Source: Caecitellus pseudoparvulus (taxonomy: Eukaryota > Protista > Bigyra: Bicosoecida). Taken from it: a DNA stretch of 64,000 bases. Position 1 is the first letter of the stretch, and the number at the start of each line of letters is the position of its first letter. The notes beneath the pieces are model-generated. The model searched no databases. It saw only the letters and a list, made by a program, of their open reading frames with translations, and was not told the DNA's origin. Positions 26,001 to 38,300 of this stretch are shown here, in pieces. The position numbers and the translations under genes were made by a program. The stretch covers positions 806,001 through 870,000 of the forward strand of contig CBFFRQ010000069.1 in the NCBI GenBank assembly GCA_965644315.1, given 5' to 3'.

Positions 26001-27145
26001 CCATCCCTGCAAAAGAACCCCGCCGTGCAAGGCACAGACATAGTTCGAGTTAGTGCTGTACCCCCTTCGCTGAAGTGGCCTTCTGGAACAGGGAGTGGCC
26101 TCCCCGAGCCTGCAGGGCAGAAGACCACGTTGCGTTCGCTAGTTGACGCACATGGAAGCTGCTGTGGTCCTATTGAGCCTGGAGGACAGAAGAATCCAGC
26201 TTCACACAAGCCGCTACAGTCGGGACTCGAGCTGCCTTCTCGTTCTCCAAAGCGGCCGGCAGGGCATGGGAATCGCACGCCGTTCACACAAAAGTGCCCC
26301 AAAGGGCAGAGCACCTGTTTTGTGCGTGATTGGGAGGTCTCAAGTGTGTCTTGCAGGTCAGTTCCCACCGAGAAATGCGAATTCCCCCCTTCGTTCACAC
26401 TTCCCTGTGGACTCTCACTCACTCTTGACGGCGAGCCGGACCCGCGTGGGCAGAACTGATGGAAGCCACCACACCTCCTCTGGGTTGGAGATACACTTCC
26501 AGGCGGACAAAAGTAGCCTTCTTGACACTCTCCCGAGCACTTCGGGCTGCTTTCGCCTGGGATGCTTCCATAGCGGCCAGCTGGGCAAGGGTGCTGCACG
26601 CCCTGAGAGGCGTAGAAGCCCGGCTTCACCTGCTGTATGTGTGTGTGCATGGAGCCATCCTCCAGTAGAGATCCAAACCCGATACTTCCGAGCGGTACAG
26701 GAAGTGGGTGCGCTGCTCCAGCTGGGCAGTACACACTTGGTCCACCGCAGGGTTCCGGCCTGACGGTGCCAGAGAGTTGGCGGTTAGGCGTAGTTTTCCA
26801 GGCCTGGGGGCAGAACGAGCCAGCTGGGCACTCTTCACAAGTACTGGAACCAAACTTGTCGTTGAAAGTTCCACCTGGGCAGGGTCTTTGAACTGATCCA
26901 GCACAAAAGAAACCAGGGCGGCATGAAGAGAAACCTGGGCAGCCGTCCACCCACGGGCCATGGGCTTGCACCAGGTCAACGAAAGTGCCGTCCCCACAAA
27001 CAGATGGTGGGCGGACAGGTTCCCCCCCATAGCACTGAAAGGGGACAAAAAAAGCCAGGAGACACACCATCCACGCGTGCTCCGCCAGAACCCTCATTCT
27101 CCAACACGCAGTCTTGGCTGAAGAAACGCGTGTGAAACGCAGCAT
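23054..27145 (-). CDS. Secreted Cys-rich repeat protein (GCC2/GCC3-like modules), 1363 aa
   Basis: Hydrophobic N-terminus (WMVCLLAFFVPFQCYG). Repeated CPAGRFG...CSGxCxAGFFCPPGS...CG..VFCPxGS modules. No TM helix at the C-terminus. The true start may be a slightly downstream Met. Confidence 0.85.
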   Translation of the reverse strand: MLRFTRVSSAKTACWRMRVLAEHAWMVCLLAFFVPFQCYGGEPVRPPSVCGDGTFVDLVQAHGPWVDGCPGFSSCRPGFFCAGSVQRPCPGGTFNDKFGSSTCEECPAGSFCPQAWKTTPNRQLSGTVRPEPCGGPSVYCPAGAAHPLPVPLGSIGFGSLLEDGSMHTHIQQVKPGFYASQGVQHPCPAGRYGSIPGESSPKCSGECQEGYFCPPGSVSPTQRRCGGFHQFCPRGSGSPSRVSESPQGSVNEGGNSHFSVGTDLQDTLETSQSRTKQVLCPLGHFCVNGVRFPCPAGRFGEREGSSSPDCSGLCEAGFFCPPGSIGPQQLPCASTSERNVVFCPAGSGRPLPVPEGHFSEGGTALTRTMSVPCTAGFFCRDGRAALCPPGRFGQRMGETRQSCQGPCAAGFYCPISGGTSAELVECGYGLEHPASVFCPEGSRQPTKVSPGFFSVRNTPGSSLTVSSEWYASHSFPASATEGLASQSVALQDLIGAWDTDIGTQDGNWSKSKYAFDSLVRAAQLLAAHTAAGNGTLLTQGSPQAQDLPAGTVAAVAHVASTHALHGQGTFAFVDSVQGEFELILSLDQSLSTQTAERRCPAGSYCVAGVRRPCPAGRFGSGSGETDPLCSGPCHAGFWCPEGSHTGMAQECGGPSVFCPVGSTQPREVPPGFVGVPTMEPRRQYGIKMCEQGVFCLLGAQAKCAAGRFGSRTGEGNPACSGECAAGFFCPPGSTWNEAEQCGSPSEFCPRGSGRPLPVEVGHYSEGGRTSDSGGYTFPAAPLHCPREGDFGPTGAHDLTGDVSSLYISSDVSRACVSGAMGDWVQRKAQKVCEPGHFCTGGLRFECPPGRFGNHEGVSHPACDGVCEKGFYCPWGSVSPRQSPCGSTSVFCPAGSGAPTRVEKGFYSVPESTSTHRRIGQRRCEPGWFCTGGTRHPCPAGRYGSAHGLATEGCSGACAAGYFCPEGSKTPTAQPCGGSEVYCPIGSSAPLPVPTGTFSTGGDHSGESVPGNATRQAFQVCLPGNFCSKGVMFQCPSGRWGSRKAENSSSCEGACPSGYFCPPGTQSPTAHPCGSLLLPGVDEVQLQDTGLKVPSRFLNARQHTSLGHAVSGGFGGSGLSGSQAQQILSMAEELAALTKASQTGLASLTPSEISSVDGSVHNDGEVAGRLQMVQAAFMRGTFNDSLGNYTFAWESGWRVRAPAVTELVGNTTIAGILFENGGASVFCPEGSALPRFAKLGYYTHGSSDPLSRFQTGQRVCPKGSFCVNGKSFPCPAGRHGSREGLATRFCTASCPAGHFCPEGSVEPRQCPAGSYSTGGMPSCSSCPDTHAGLGKAPASVKAGIGSDRGGQGERCKTSRACCGI

Positions 27146-27349
27146 TCAAAGCAGCTCTCCCGTATGGGCAGGCAGCTGGACGCTACTATGGGCAGCCCTT
27201 GGGGAGTGCTTCGTTAAGTAGGGGGGCGTCTCGCTTCAAGGTGGCATGTTTGTGAATTTTGCTGGCGGTGTGGCAAGGCACAGGCTTCATACAGAGACAG
27301 TAGGAGGCCTGCGATTCAGCAACCCGACCAGCACCAGCCCAAGCCACGC

Positions 27350-29204
27350 TCATTGCCGTTTCGTTTCCCGCAACACGAACTCGATTCCCCGCCCAACATC
27401 GCGGTGCTTGTAGGTAAGCTTGGACAAACTTGCTGTTGACGTGCTGGCGGAAGGGGAGTCAGGCGTGCCGAAAACAACCCCCAACGGGACAGGGCTGTTG
27501 TCCCAGTAGTCACACTGGGCCTTCATGATGGCATGCTCTGTGTGCACCCCCATGCCACCATCAGTGGCGGTGTCCAGCACTTGCACTGGGTCAGTGGAGT
27601 CCCAGACTGGCCACTTTGGCAAGCCAGGACCGTTGGGGTCACCGGTCGCGACGAAATTGTACCAGTACTGCACGAACGTTCGAGAGAGCTCCTTCTCTGC
27701 ACTCGTCCAAAGCCCAAGCTCAAGATCAAAGACCATCAACAACTCTGAGCCATGAAATACACCCAAGTACTCAGACTGCAAGAACAGCCGGACGACCTCC
27801 AACTCATGAGTGAAGTAGTACTGGTAGTACGGCATTCCTTTTGCAGACAGGGCCCTCGCACTTGCGCGTGTAGGGCACTTCATCCCGCCGCCCCCCAAAA
27901 TAGCACTCACAGCCCACCACGGGGACTGGAACTGCTGCACAGGATACAGACCCACAAGCACATCTGCAGCCGTCTCGTTCTGCAAGAAAGCTGCTACCGT
28001 GTCACGGTACCCGCTGGAGTTCAAGTTATGGGGAATATCATCTGGCATGAACAAAGAACCTTCATTCCCGTTGAACCCTCCAATGACAGGAACTGGGTTA
28101 GCGATCTTCCCAGCTGCTGCGAGGTTGGCAGGTGTATCAAACAGCTCCACGCCATCCACCACAGGCGACCAGCGGAGCAGGCCCTCTGGTGTGTGGCTTG
28201 CGGCATCATGAAGTTCTTTGGCTGACTTTGTCCGCAAGCACGCCAGCACCTGCGGGTCACTTGCAGCACGCTCCGCTTCGTCATCTGACAAGTCGGAAGC
28301 CGAAGCCGCGGGATTGGAGGGGCTGAAACACCCAACGTGAATAGCAATCTGGTTGTGCTTTACCAGGGCAACAGAAAGAGGCTGCGCCGACCAGGGTGCG
28401 AAAGGTCCAGACTCGGTGATACCGCGATGGAAAAGCCCGGACGATCGCGGCATGACAAGATGGTTCGACACGCTACCAGCACCGGCGCTCTCCCCCTGGA
28501 TGGTCACCTGCGAAGGGTCCCCTCCAAAGTAAGCAATGTTGGCCTGGATCCATCTCAGTGCGGCTCTCTGGTCTTGAATACCATAGTTGCCAGTGGTTCC
28601 ATCAGGATCCTGAGCTCGCAACGCGTGCGAGGCCAGGAACCCGAATGCGTTCAGTCGATAGTTCGAGGTCACCACAATCACATCCGGATAATTCTCCAGA
28701 TCCTGCGTCGCCCAGTACAGAGGAAAGGATGCGCTGCCACTGTCCCATGACCCGCCGTACCAGAAGCTCAGCACCTGCACAGAGCGCGGAAATTGAAAGT
28801 GCAGCGCACTAGGGCGCTCCAGGGCAGGGCACGTCACGTACAGGCAAAGGGCCAGCCTTCGAAGGCTTCGAGGGAACGTAGACATTCAAATACAAACAGT
28901 CCTCCGAGACGTTGGTCGCGAAAGTGAACGCATCATGGCCCTGAAAACAGCTGTTCCCAAACGATGTTGCTTGGCGCACGCCAGTCCAGTTCGACGGTGC
29001 ACCTGGCGGCTGCCACCGTCGAGGCCCCACAGGGGGAGCAGCGAACGGGATACCCAAGTAGCTCTCTGTACTCTTCTCCAAGAGCCCCTGAACTTGCCCC
29101 TGAGCAGTGGTCCGAATCGGGCCTGATCCGAAGGCTCCTGAGGAAGCCGAAGCAACCTGCAAACTGAGCACTGCTGCCAAGCAAGCAAGCACGACCGACT
29201 TCAT
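27350..29204 (-). CDS. Secreted type-B carboxylesterase/cholinesterase-like alpha/beta hydrolase; exons 29204-28842, 28774-27350
   Basis: Signal peptide MKSVVLACLAAVLSLQVASA. Motifs YLGIPFAAPPVG, SEDCLYLNVY, NYRLNAFGFL and GNYGIQDQ. Catalytic GESAG, NEG and FHGSEL. A 67-nt GT-AG intron at 28775-28841 is in phase. Confidence 0.94.
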
Positions 29205-29350
29205 GGCAACTTAGCTTCTCAAAACAAACTCAAAACAGACACACTTTCACTGCCAATCACTTACACCTGAGGAGATTTTGATCTGCATTGCTAAACTGCA
29301 AGCACAGTACTCCAATCCTAAGTCCAAACCTGGGGAGCACAATGCACAAC

Positions 29351-32300
29351 CTAAAGAGACCCACGATAAAAAACGACGGCTACTCCAGAATCGTAAGAAG
29401 CTTGACCTGAACAGGACTCGAGAGAATGCCTGACAGCCGTTCCGGTCTCAACAGATGAAAAAACATCTACGTCGCACCCAACACCCACCCAGCCTCGCAC
29501 ACCCTCCACACCCCCATCGCCCTCCATCACACCGCTCACGCTGGACTCGCTCACACCCCCCACCACACGCACCACACGGCTGCCCACCCCCACGCCCGCA
29601 GCGCTGCTGCCCAGACCCACCTTCGTCACACGCACGTCGCCGTCCGAGCCACCCAGGGACACGCCCAGCTTGCCACCGCTCACCACGTGCCACACCTTCA
29701 TGTCGCCCCCGCTCCCCCCCACATCCACCACACGCCCACGCGCGTACCCTGACCCCCCACTGTACACCACGCCCCCACCCACATCACTCACACCCGCCAC
29801 GCCCAGCAGCCCCCCACCGCTGCCGCCCCCCCCGCTGCCGCTTCCGCTGCCGCCCCCCCCGCCGCCGAACAGGCCCCCACCGCCCAACAGACTCCCGCCG
29901 CCGCCACTCACCCCACCAAATAGACTCCCGCCCACACCGCCGCTGCCGAAGCTCAACCCTGCACCCACACCGACTGACTCACCACCACCACCACCGCCCC
30001 CAGACCCGCCCTCGCCGACGGACACCGCGTCGCCACCCCCATCACCAGCCCCACCACCCCACTCACCCTCACCACACCACACCACCACCGCCACGCCGCT
30101 CTCCTCGCTCGCGCCCTCCACAGCACCCTTCAATGTGCTCCCCAGCACGCGCCGGCTCTCACCGCCCCCCACCACGTCCACATCACATCCAACACCCACC
30201 CAGCCTCGCACACCCTCCACACCCCCATCGCCCTCCATCACACCGCTCACGCTGGACTCGCTCACACCCCCCACCACACGCACCACACGGCTGCCCACCC
30301 CCACGCCCGCAGCGCTGCTGCCCAGACCCACCTTCGTCACACGCACGTCGCCGTCCGAGCCACCCAGGGACACGCCCAGCTTGCCACCGCTCACCACGTG
30401 CCACACCTTCATGTCGCCCCCGCTCCCCCCCACATCCACCACACGCCCACGCGCGTACCCTGACCCCCCACTGTACACCACGCCCCCACCCACATCACTC
30501 ACACCCGCCACGCCCAGCAGCCCCCCACCGCTGCCGCCCCCGCCGCTGCCGCCCCCGCCGCCGCCGCCGCCGAACAGGCCCCCACCGCCCAAAAGACTCC
30601 CGCCCCCGCCACTCACCCCACCAAACAGACTCCCGCCCACACCGCCGCTGCCGAAGCTCAACCCTGCACCCACGCCAACTGACTCACCACCACCACCACC
30701 ACCACCCCCAGACCCGCCCTCGCCGACGGACACCGCGTCGCCACCCCCATCACCAGCCCCACCATCCCACTCACCCTCACCACACCACACCACCACCGCC
30801 ACGCCGCTCTCCTCGCTCGCGCCCTCCACAGCACCCTTCAATGTGCTCCCCAGCACGCGCCGGCTCTCACCACCCCCCACCACGTCCACATCACATCCAA
30901 CACCCACCCAGCCTCGCACACCCTCCACACCCCCATCGCCCTCCATCACACCGCTCACGCTGGACTCGCTCACACCCCCCACCACACGCACCACACGGCT
31001 GCCCACCCCCACGCCCGCAGCGCTGCTGCCCAGACCCACCTTCGTCACACGCACGTCGCCGTCCGAGCCACCCAGGGACACGCCCAGCTTGCCACCGCTC
31101 ACCACGTGCCACACCTTCATGTCGCCCCCGCTCCCCCCCACATCCACCACACGCCCACGCGCGTACCCTGACCCCCCACTGTACACCACGCCCCCACCCA
31201 CATCACTCACCCCCGCCACGCCCAGCAGCCCCCCGCCGCTGCCGCTGCCGCTGCCGCCCCCGCCGCTGCCGCCCCCGCCGCTGCCGAACAGGCCCCCACC
31301 GCCCAACAGACTCCCGCCCCCCCCACTCCCCCCACCAAACAGACTCCCGCCCACACCGCCGCTGCCGAAGCTCAACCCTGCACCCACACCGACTGACTCA
31401 CCACCACCACCACCGCCCCCAGACCCGCCCTCGCCGACGGACACCGCGTCGCCACCCCCATCACCAGCCCCACCATCCCACTCACCCTCACCACACCACA
31501 CCACCACCGCCACGCCGCTCTCCTCGCTCGCGCCCTCCACAGCACCCTTCAATGTGCTCCCCAGCACGCGCCGGCTCTCACCGCCCCCCACCACGTCCAC
31601 ATCACATCCAACACCCACCCAGCCTCGCACACCCTCCACACCCCCATCGCCCTCCATCACACCGCTCACGCTGGACTCGCTCACACCCCCCACCACACGC
31701 ACCACACGGCTGCCCACCCCCACGCCCGCAGCGCTGCTGCCCAGACCCACCTTCGTCACACGCACGTCGCCGTCCGAGCCACCCAGGGACACGCCCAGCT
31801 TGCCACCGCTCACCACGTGCCACACCTTCATGTCGCCCCCGCTCCCCCCCACATCCACCACACGCCCACGCGCGTACCCTGACCCCCCACTGTACACCAC
31901 GCCCCCACCCACATCACTCACACCCGCCACGCCCAGCAGCCCCCCGCCCCCGCCACCGCCGCTGCCGCTGCCGCCGCTGCCGCTGCTGCCGCCGCCGAAC
32001 AGGCCCCCACCGCCCAACAGACTCCCGCCCCCGCCACTCCCCCCACCAAACAGACTCCCGCCCACACCGCCGCTGCCGAAGCTCAACCCTGCACCCACAC
32101 CGACTGACTCACCACCACCACCACCGCCCCCAGACCCGCCCTCGCCGACGGACACCGCGTCGCCACCCCCATCACCAGCCCCACCATCCCACTCACCCTC
32201 ACCACACCACACCACCACCGCCACGCCGCTCTCCTCGCTCGCGCCCTCCACAGCACCCTTCAATGTGCTCCCCAGCACGCGCCGGCTCTCACCACCCCCC

Positions 32301-35300
32301 ACCACGTCCACATCACATCCAACACCCACCCAGCCTCGCACACCCTCCACACCCCCATCGCCCTCCATCACACCGCTCACGCTGGACTCGCTCACACCCC
32401 CCACCACACGCACCACACGGCTGCCCACCCCCACGCCCGCAGCGCTGCTGCCCAGACCCACCTTCGTCACACGCACGTCGCCGTCCGAGCCACCCAGGGA
32501 CACGCCCAGCTTGCCACCGCTCACCACGTGCCACACCTTCATGTCGCCCCCGCTCCCCCCCACATCCACCACACGCCCACGCGCGTACCCTGACCCCCCA
32601 CTGTACACCACGCCCCCACCCACATCACTCACACCCGCCACGCCCAGCAGCCCCCCGCCCCCGCCACCGCCGCTGCCGCTGCCGCCGCCGCCGAACAGGC
32701 CCCCACCGCCCAACAGACTCCCGCCCCCGCCACTCACCCCACCAAACAGACTCCCGCCCACACCGCCGCTGCCGAAGCTCAACCCTGCACCCACGCCAAC
32801 TGACTCACCACCACCACCACCACCCCCAGACCCGCCCTCGCCGACGGACACCGCGTCGCCACCCCCATCACCAGCCCCACCACCCCACTCACCCTCACCA
32901 CACCACACCACCACCGCCACGCCGCTCTCCTCGCTCGCGCCCTCCACAGCACCCTTCAATGTGCTCCCCAGCACGCGCCGGCTCTCACCGCCCCCCACCA
33001 CGTCCACATCACATCCAACACCCACCCAGCCTCGCACACCCTCCACACCCCCATCGCCCTCCATCACACCGCTCACGCTGGACTCGCTCACACCCCCCAC
33101 CACACGCACCACACGGCTGCCCACCCCCACGCCCGCAGCGCTGCTGCCCAGACCCACCTTCGTCACACGCACGTCGCCGTCCGAGCCACCCAGGGACACG
33201 CCCAGCTTGCCACCGCTCACCACGTGCCACACCTTCATGTCGCCCCCGCTCCCCCCCACATCCACCACACGCCCACGCGCGTACCCTGACCCCCCACTGT
33301 ACACCACGCCCCCACCCACATCACTCACCCCTGCCACGCCCAGCAGCCCCCCACCCCCGCCGCCGCCGCCGCTGCCGCTGCCGCTGCCGCCGCTGCCGCT
33401 GCTGCCGCCGCCGAACAGGCCCCCACCGCCCAACAGACTCCCGCCCCCCCCCCTCACCCCACCAAACAGACTCCCGCCCACACCGCCGCTGCCGAAGCTC
33501 AACCCTGCACCCACACCGACTGACTCACCACCACCACCACCGCCCCCAGACCCGCCCTCGCCGACGGACACCGCGTCGCCACCCCCATCACCAGCCCCAC
33601 CATCCCACTCACCCTCACCACACCACACCACCACCGCCACGCCGCTCTCCTCGCTCGCGCCCTCCACAGCACCCTTCAATGTGCTCCCCAGCACGCGCCG
33701 GCTCTCACCACCCCCCACCACGTCCACATCACATCCAACACCCACCCAGCCTCGCACACCCTCCACACCCCCATCGCCCTCCATCACACCGCTCACGCTG
33801 GACTCGCTCACACCCCCCACCACACGCACCACACGGCTGCCCACCCCCACGCCCGCAGCGCTGCTGCCCAGACCCACCTTCGTCACACGCACGTCGCCGT
33901 CCGAGCCACCCAGGGACACGCCCAGCTTGCCACCGCTCACCACGTGCCACACCTTCATGTCGCCCCCGCTCCCCCCCACATCCACCACACGCCCACGCGC
34001 GTACCCTGACCCCCCACTGTACACCACGCCCCCACCCACATCACTCACCCCCGCCACGCCCAGCAGCCCCCCGCCGCTGCCGCCGCCGCTGCCGCTCCCG
34101 CCGCTGCCGCCCCCGCCGCCGCCGCCGCCGAACAGGCCCCCACCGCCCAACAGACTCCCGCCCCCGCCACTCACCCCACCAAACAGACTCCCGCCCACAC
34201 CGCCGCTGCCGAAGCTCAACCCTGCACCCACACCGACTGACTCACCACCACCACCACCGCCCCCCAGACCCGCCCTCGCCGACGGACACCGCGTCGCCAC
34301 CCCCATCACCAGCCCCACCACCCCACTCACCCTCACCACACCACACCACCACCGCCACGCCGCTCTCCTCGCTCGCGCCCTCCACAGCACCCTTCAATGT
34401 GCTCCCCAGCACGCGCCGGCTCTCACCGCCCCCCACCACGTCCACATCACATCCAACACCCACCCAGCCTCGCACACCCTCCACACCCCCATCGCCCTCC
34501 ATCACACCGCTCACGCTGGACTCGCTCACACCCCCCACCACACGCACCACACGGCTGCCCACCCCCACGCCCGCAGCGCTGCTGCCCAGACCCACCTTCG
34601 TCACACGCACGTCGCCGTCCGAGCCACCCAGGGACACGCCCAGCTTGCCACCGCTCACCACGTGCCACACCTTCATGTCGCCCCCGCTCCCCCCCACATC
34701 CACCACACGCCCACGCGCGTACCCTGACCCCCCACTGTACACCACGCCCCCACCCACATCACTCACCCCCGCCACGCCCAGCAGCCCCCACCGCCGCCGC
34801 CGCCGCCGCTGCCGCCGCCGCCGCCGCCGCTCCGCCGCCGCCGCCGCCGAACAGGCCCCCACCGCCCAACAGACTCCCGCCGCCGCCACTCACCCCACCA
34901 AACAGACTCCCGCCCACACCGCCGCTGCCGAAGCTCAACCCTGCACCCACACCGACTGACTCACCACCACCACCACCACCACCCCCAGACCCGCCCTCGC
35001 CGACGGACACCGCGTCGCCACCCCCATCACCAGCCCCACCATCCCACTCACCCTCACCACACCACACCACCACCGCCACGCCGCTCTCCTCGCTCGCGCC
35101 CTCCACAGCACCCTTCAATGTGCTCCCCAGCACGCGCCGGCTCTCACCACCCCCCACCACGTCCACATCACATCCAACACCCACCCAGCCTCGCACACCC
35201 TCCACACCCCCATCGCCCTCCATCACACCGCTCACGCTGGACTCGCTCACACCCCCCACCACACGCACCACACGGCTGCCCACCCCCACGCCCGCAGCGC

Positions 35301-38300
35301 TGCTGCCCAGACCCACCTTCGTCACACGCACGTCGCCGTCCGAGCCACCCAGGGACACGCCCAGCTTGCCACCGCTCACCACGTGCCACACCTTCATGTC
35401 GCCCCCGCTCCCCCCCACATCCACCACACGCCCACGCGCGTACCCTGACCCCCCACTGTACACCACGCCCCCACCCACATCACTCACACCCGCCACGCCC
35501 AGCAGCCCCCCGCCCCCGCCACCGCCGCTGCCGCTGCCGCTGCCGCTGCCGCCCCCGCCGCCGCTGCCGCCGCCGCCGAACAGGCCCCCACCGCCCAACA
35601 GACTCCCGCCCCCGCCACTCACCCCACCAAACAGACTCCCGCCCACACCGCCGCTGCCGAAGCTCAACCCTGCACCCACACCGACTGACTCACCACCACC
35701 ACCACCGCCCCCCAGACCCGCCCTCGCCGACGGACACCGCGTCGCCACCCCCATCACCAGCCCCACCATCCCACTCACCCTCACCACACCACACCACCAC
35801 CGCCACGCCGCTCTCCTCGCTCGCGCCCTCCACAGCACCCTTCAATGTGCTCCCCAGCACGCGCCGGCTCTCACCACCCCCCACCACGTCCACATCACAT
35901 CCAACACCCACCCAGCCTCGCACACCCTCCACACCCCCATCGCCCTCCATCACACCGCTCACGCTGGACTCGCTCACACCCCCCACCACACGCACCACAC
36001 GGCTGCCCACCCCCACGCCCGCAGCGCTGCTGCCCAGACCCACCTTCGTCACACGCACGTCGCCGTCCGAGCCACCCAGGGACACGCCCAGCTTGCCACC
36101 GCTCACCACGTGCCACACCTTCATGTCGCCCCCGCTCCCCCCCACATCCACCACACGCCCACGCGCGTACCCTGACCCCCCACTGTACACCACGCCCCCA
36201 CCCACATCACTCACCCCCGCCACGCCCAGCAGCCCCCCGCCGCTGCCGCTGCCGCTGCCGCCCCCGCCGCTGCCGCCCCCGCCGCCGCCGCCGCCGAACA
36301 GGCCCCCACCGCCCAAAAGACTCCCGCCCCCGCCACTCACCCCACCAAACAGACTCCCGCCCACACCGCCGCTGCCGAAGCTCAACCCTGCACCCACACC
36401 GACTGACTCACCACCACCACCACCGCCCCCAGACCCGCCCTCGCCGACGGACACCGCGTCGCCACCCCCATCACCAGCCCCACCATCCCACTCACCCTCA
36501 CCACACCACACCACCACCGCCACGCCGCTCTCCTCGCTCGCGCCCTCCACAGCACCCTTCAATGTGCTCCCCAGCACGCGCCGGCTCTCACCGCCCCCCA
36601 CCACGTCCACATCACATCCAACACCCACCCAGCCTCGCACACCCTCCACACCCCCATCGCCCTCCATCACACCGCTCACGCTGGACTCGCTCACACCCCC
36701 CACCACACGCACCACACGGCTGCCCACCCCCACGCCCGCAGCGCTGCTGCCCAGACCCACCTTCGTCACACGCACGTCGCCGTCCGAGCCACCCAGGGAC
36801 ACGCCCAGCTTGCCACCGCTCACCACGTGCCACACCTTCATGTCGCCCCCGCTCCCCCCCACATCCACCACACGCCCACGCGCGTACCCTGACCCCCCAC
36901 TGTACACCACGCCCCCACCCACATCACTCACCCCTGCCACGCCCAGCAGCCCCCCACCGCTGCCGCCGCCGCCGCTGCCGCTGCCGCTGCCGCTGCCGCC
37001 CCCGCCGCCGCTGCCGCCGCCGCCGAACAGGCCCCCACCGCCCAACAGACTCCCGCCCCCGCCACTCACCCCACCAAACAGACTCCCGCCCACACCGCCG
37101 CTGCCGAAGCTCAACCCTGCACCCACGCCAACTGACTCACCACCACCACCACCACCACCCCCAGACCCGCCCTCGCCGACGGACACCGCGTCGCCACCCC
37201 CATCACCAGCCCCACCACCCCACTCACCCTCACCACACCACACCACCACCGCCACGCCGCTCTCCTCGCTCGCGCCCTCCACAGCACCCTTCAATGTGCT
37301 CCCCAGCACGCGCCGGCTCTCACCGCCCCCCACCACGTCCACATCACATCCAACACCCACCCAGCCTCGCACACCCTCCACACCCCCATCGCCCTCCATC
37401 ACACCGCTCACGCTGGACTCGCTCACACCCCCCACCACACGCACCACACGGCTGCCCACCCCCACGCCCGCAGCACTGCTGCCCAGACCCACCTTCGTCA
37501 CACGCACGTCGCCGTCCGAGCCACCCAGGGACACGCCCAGCTTGCCACCGCTCACCACGTGCCACACCTTCATGTCGCCCCCGCTCCCCCCCACATCCAC
37601 CACACGCCCACGCGCGTACCCTGATCCCCCACTGTACACCACGCCCCCACCCACATCACTCACCCCTGCCACCCCCAGCAGCCCCCCCCCCCCGCCACCG
37701 CCGCCCCGCCGCTGCCGCTGCCGCTGCCGCCCCCGCCGCTGCCGAACAGGCCCCCACCGCCCAACAGACTCCCGCCCCCGCCACTCACCCCACCAAACAG
37801 ACTCCCGCCCACACCGCCGCTGCCGAAGCTCAACCCTGCACCCACGCCAACTGACTCACCACCACCACCACCACCGCCCCCAGACCCGCCCTCGCCGACG
37901 GACACCGCGTCGCCACCCCCATCACCAGCCCCACCATCCCACTCACCCTCACCACACCACACCACCACCGCCACGCCGCTCTCCTCGCTCGCGCCCTCCA
38001 CAGCACCCTTCAATGTGCTCCCCAGCACGCGCCGGCTCTCACCGCCCCCCACCACGTCCACATCACATCCAACACCCACCCAGCCTCGCACACCCTCCAC
38101 ACCCCCATCGCCCTCCATCACACCGCTCACGCTGGACTCGCTCACACCCCCCACCACACGCACCACACGGCTGCCCACCCCCACGCCCGCAGCACTGCTG
38201 CCCAGACCCACCTTCGTCACACGCACGTCGCCGTCCGAGCCACCCAGGGACACGCCCAGCTTGCCACCGCTCACCACGTGCCACACCTTCATGTCGCCCC

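Noticed and set aside
29351-29480. A-to-I editing or DGR-like adenine-specific mutagenesis as the cause of G enrichment
   Set aside because: Differences between the terminal copy and the consensus include many T-to-G and C-to-G changes, so they are not adenine-specific. No reverse transcriptase gene is present in the window.
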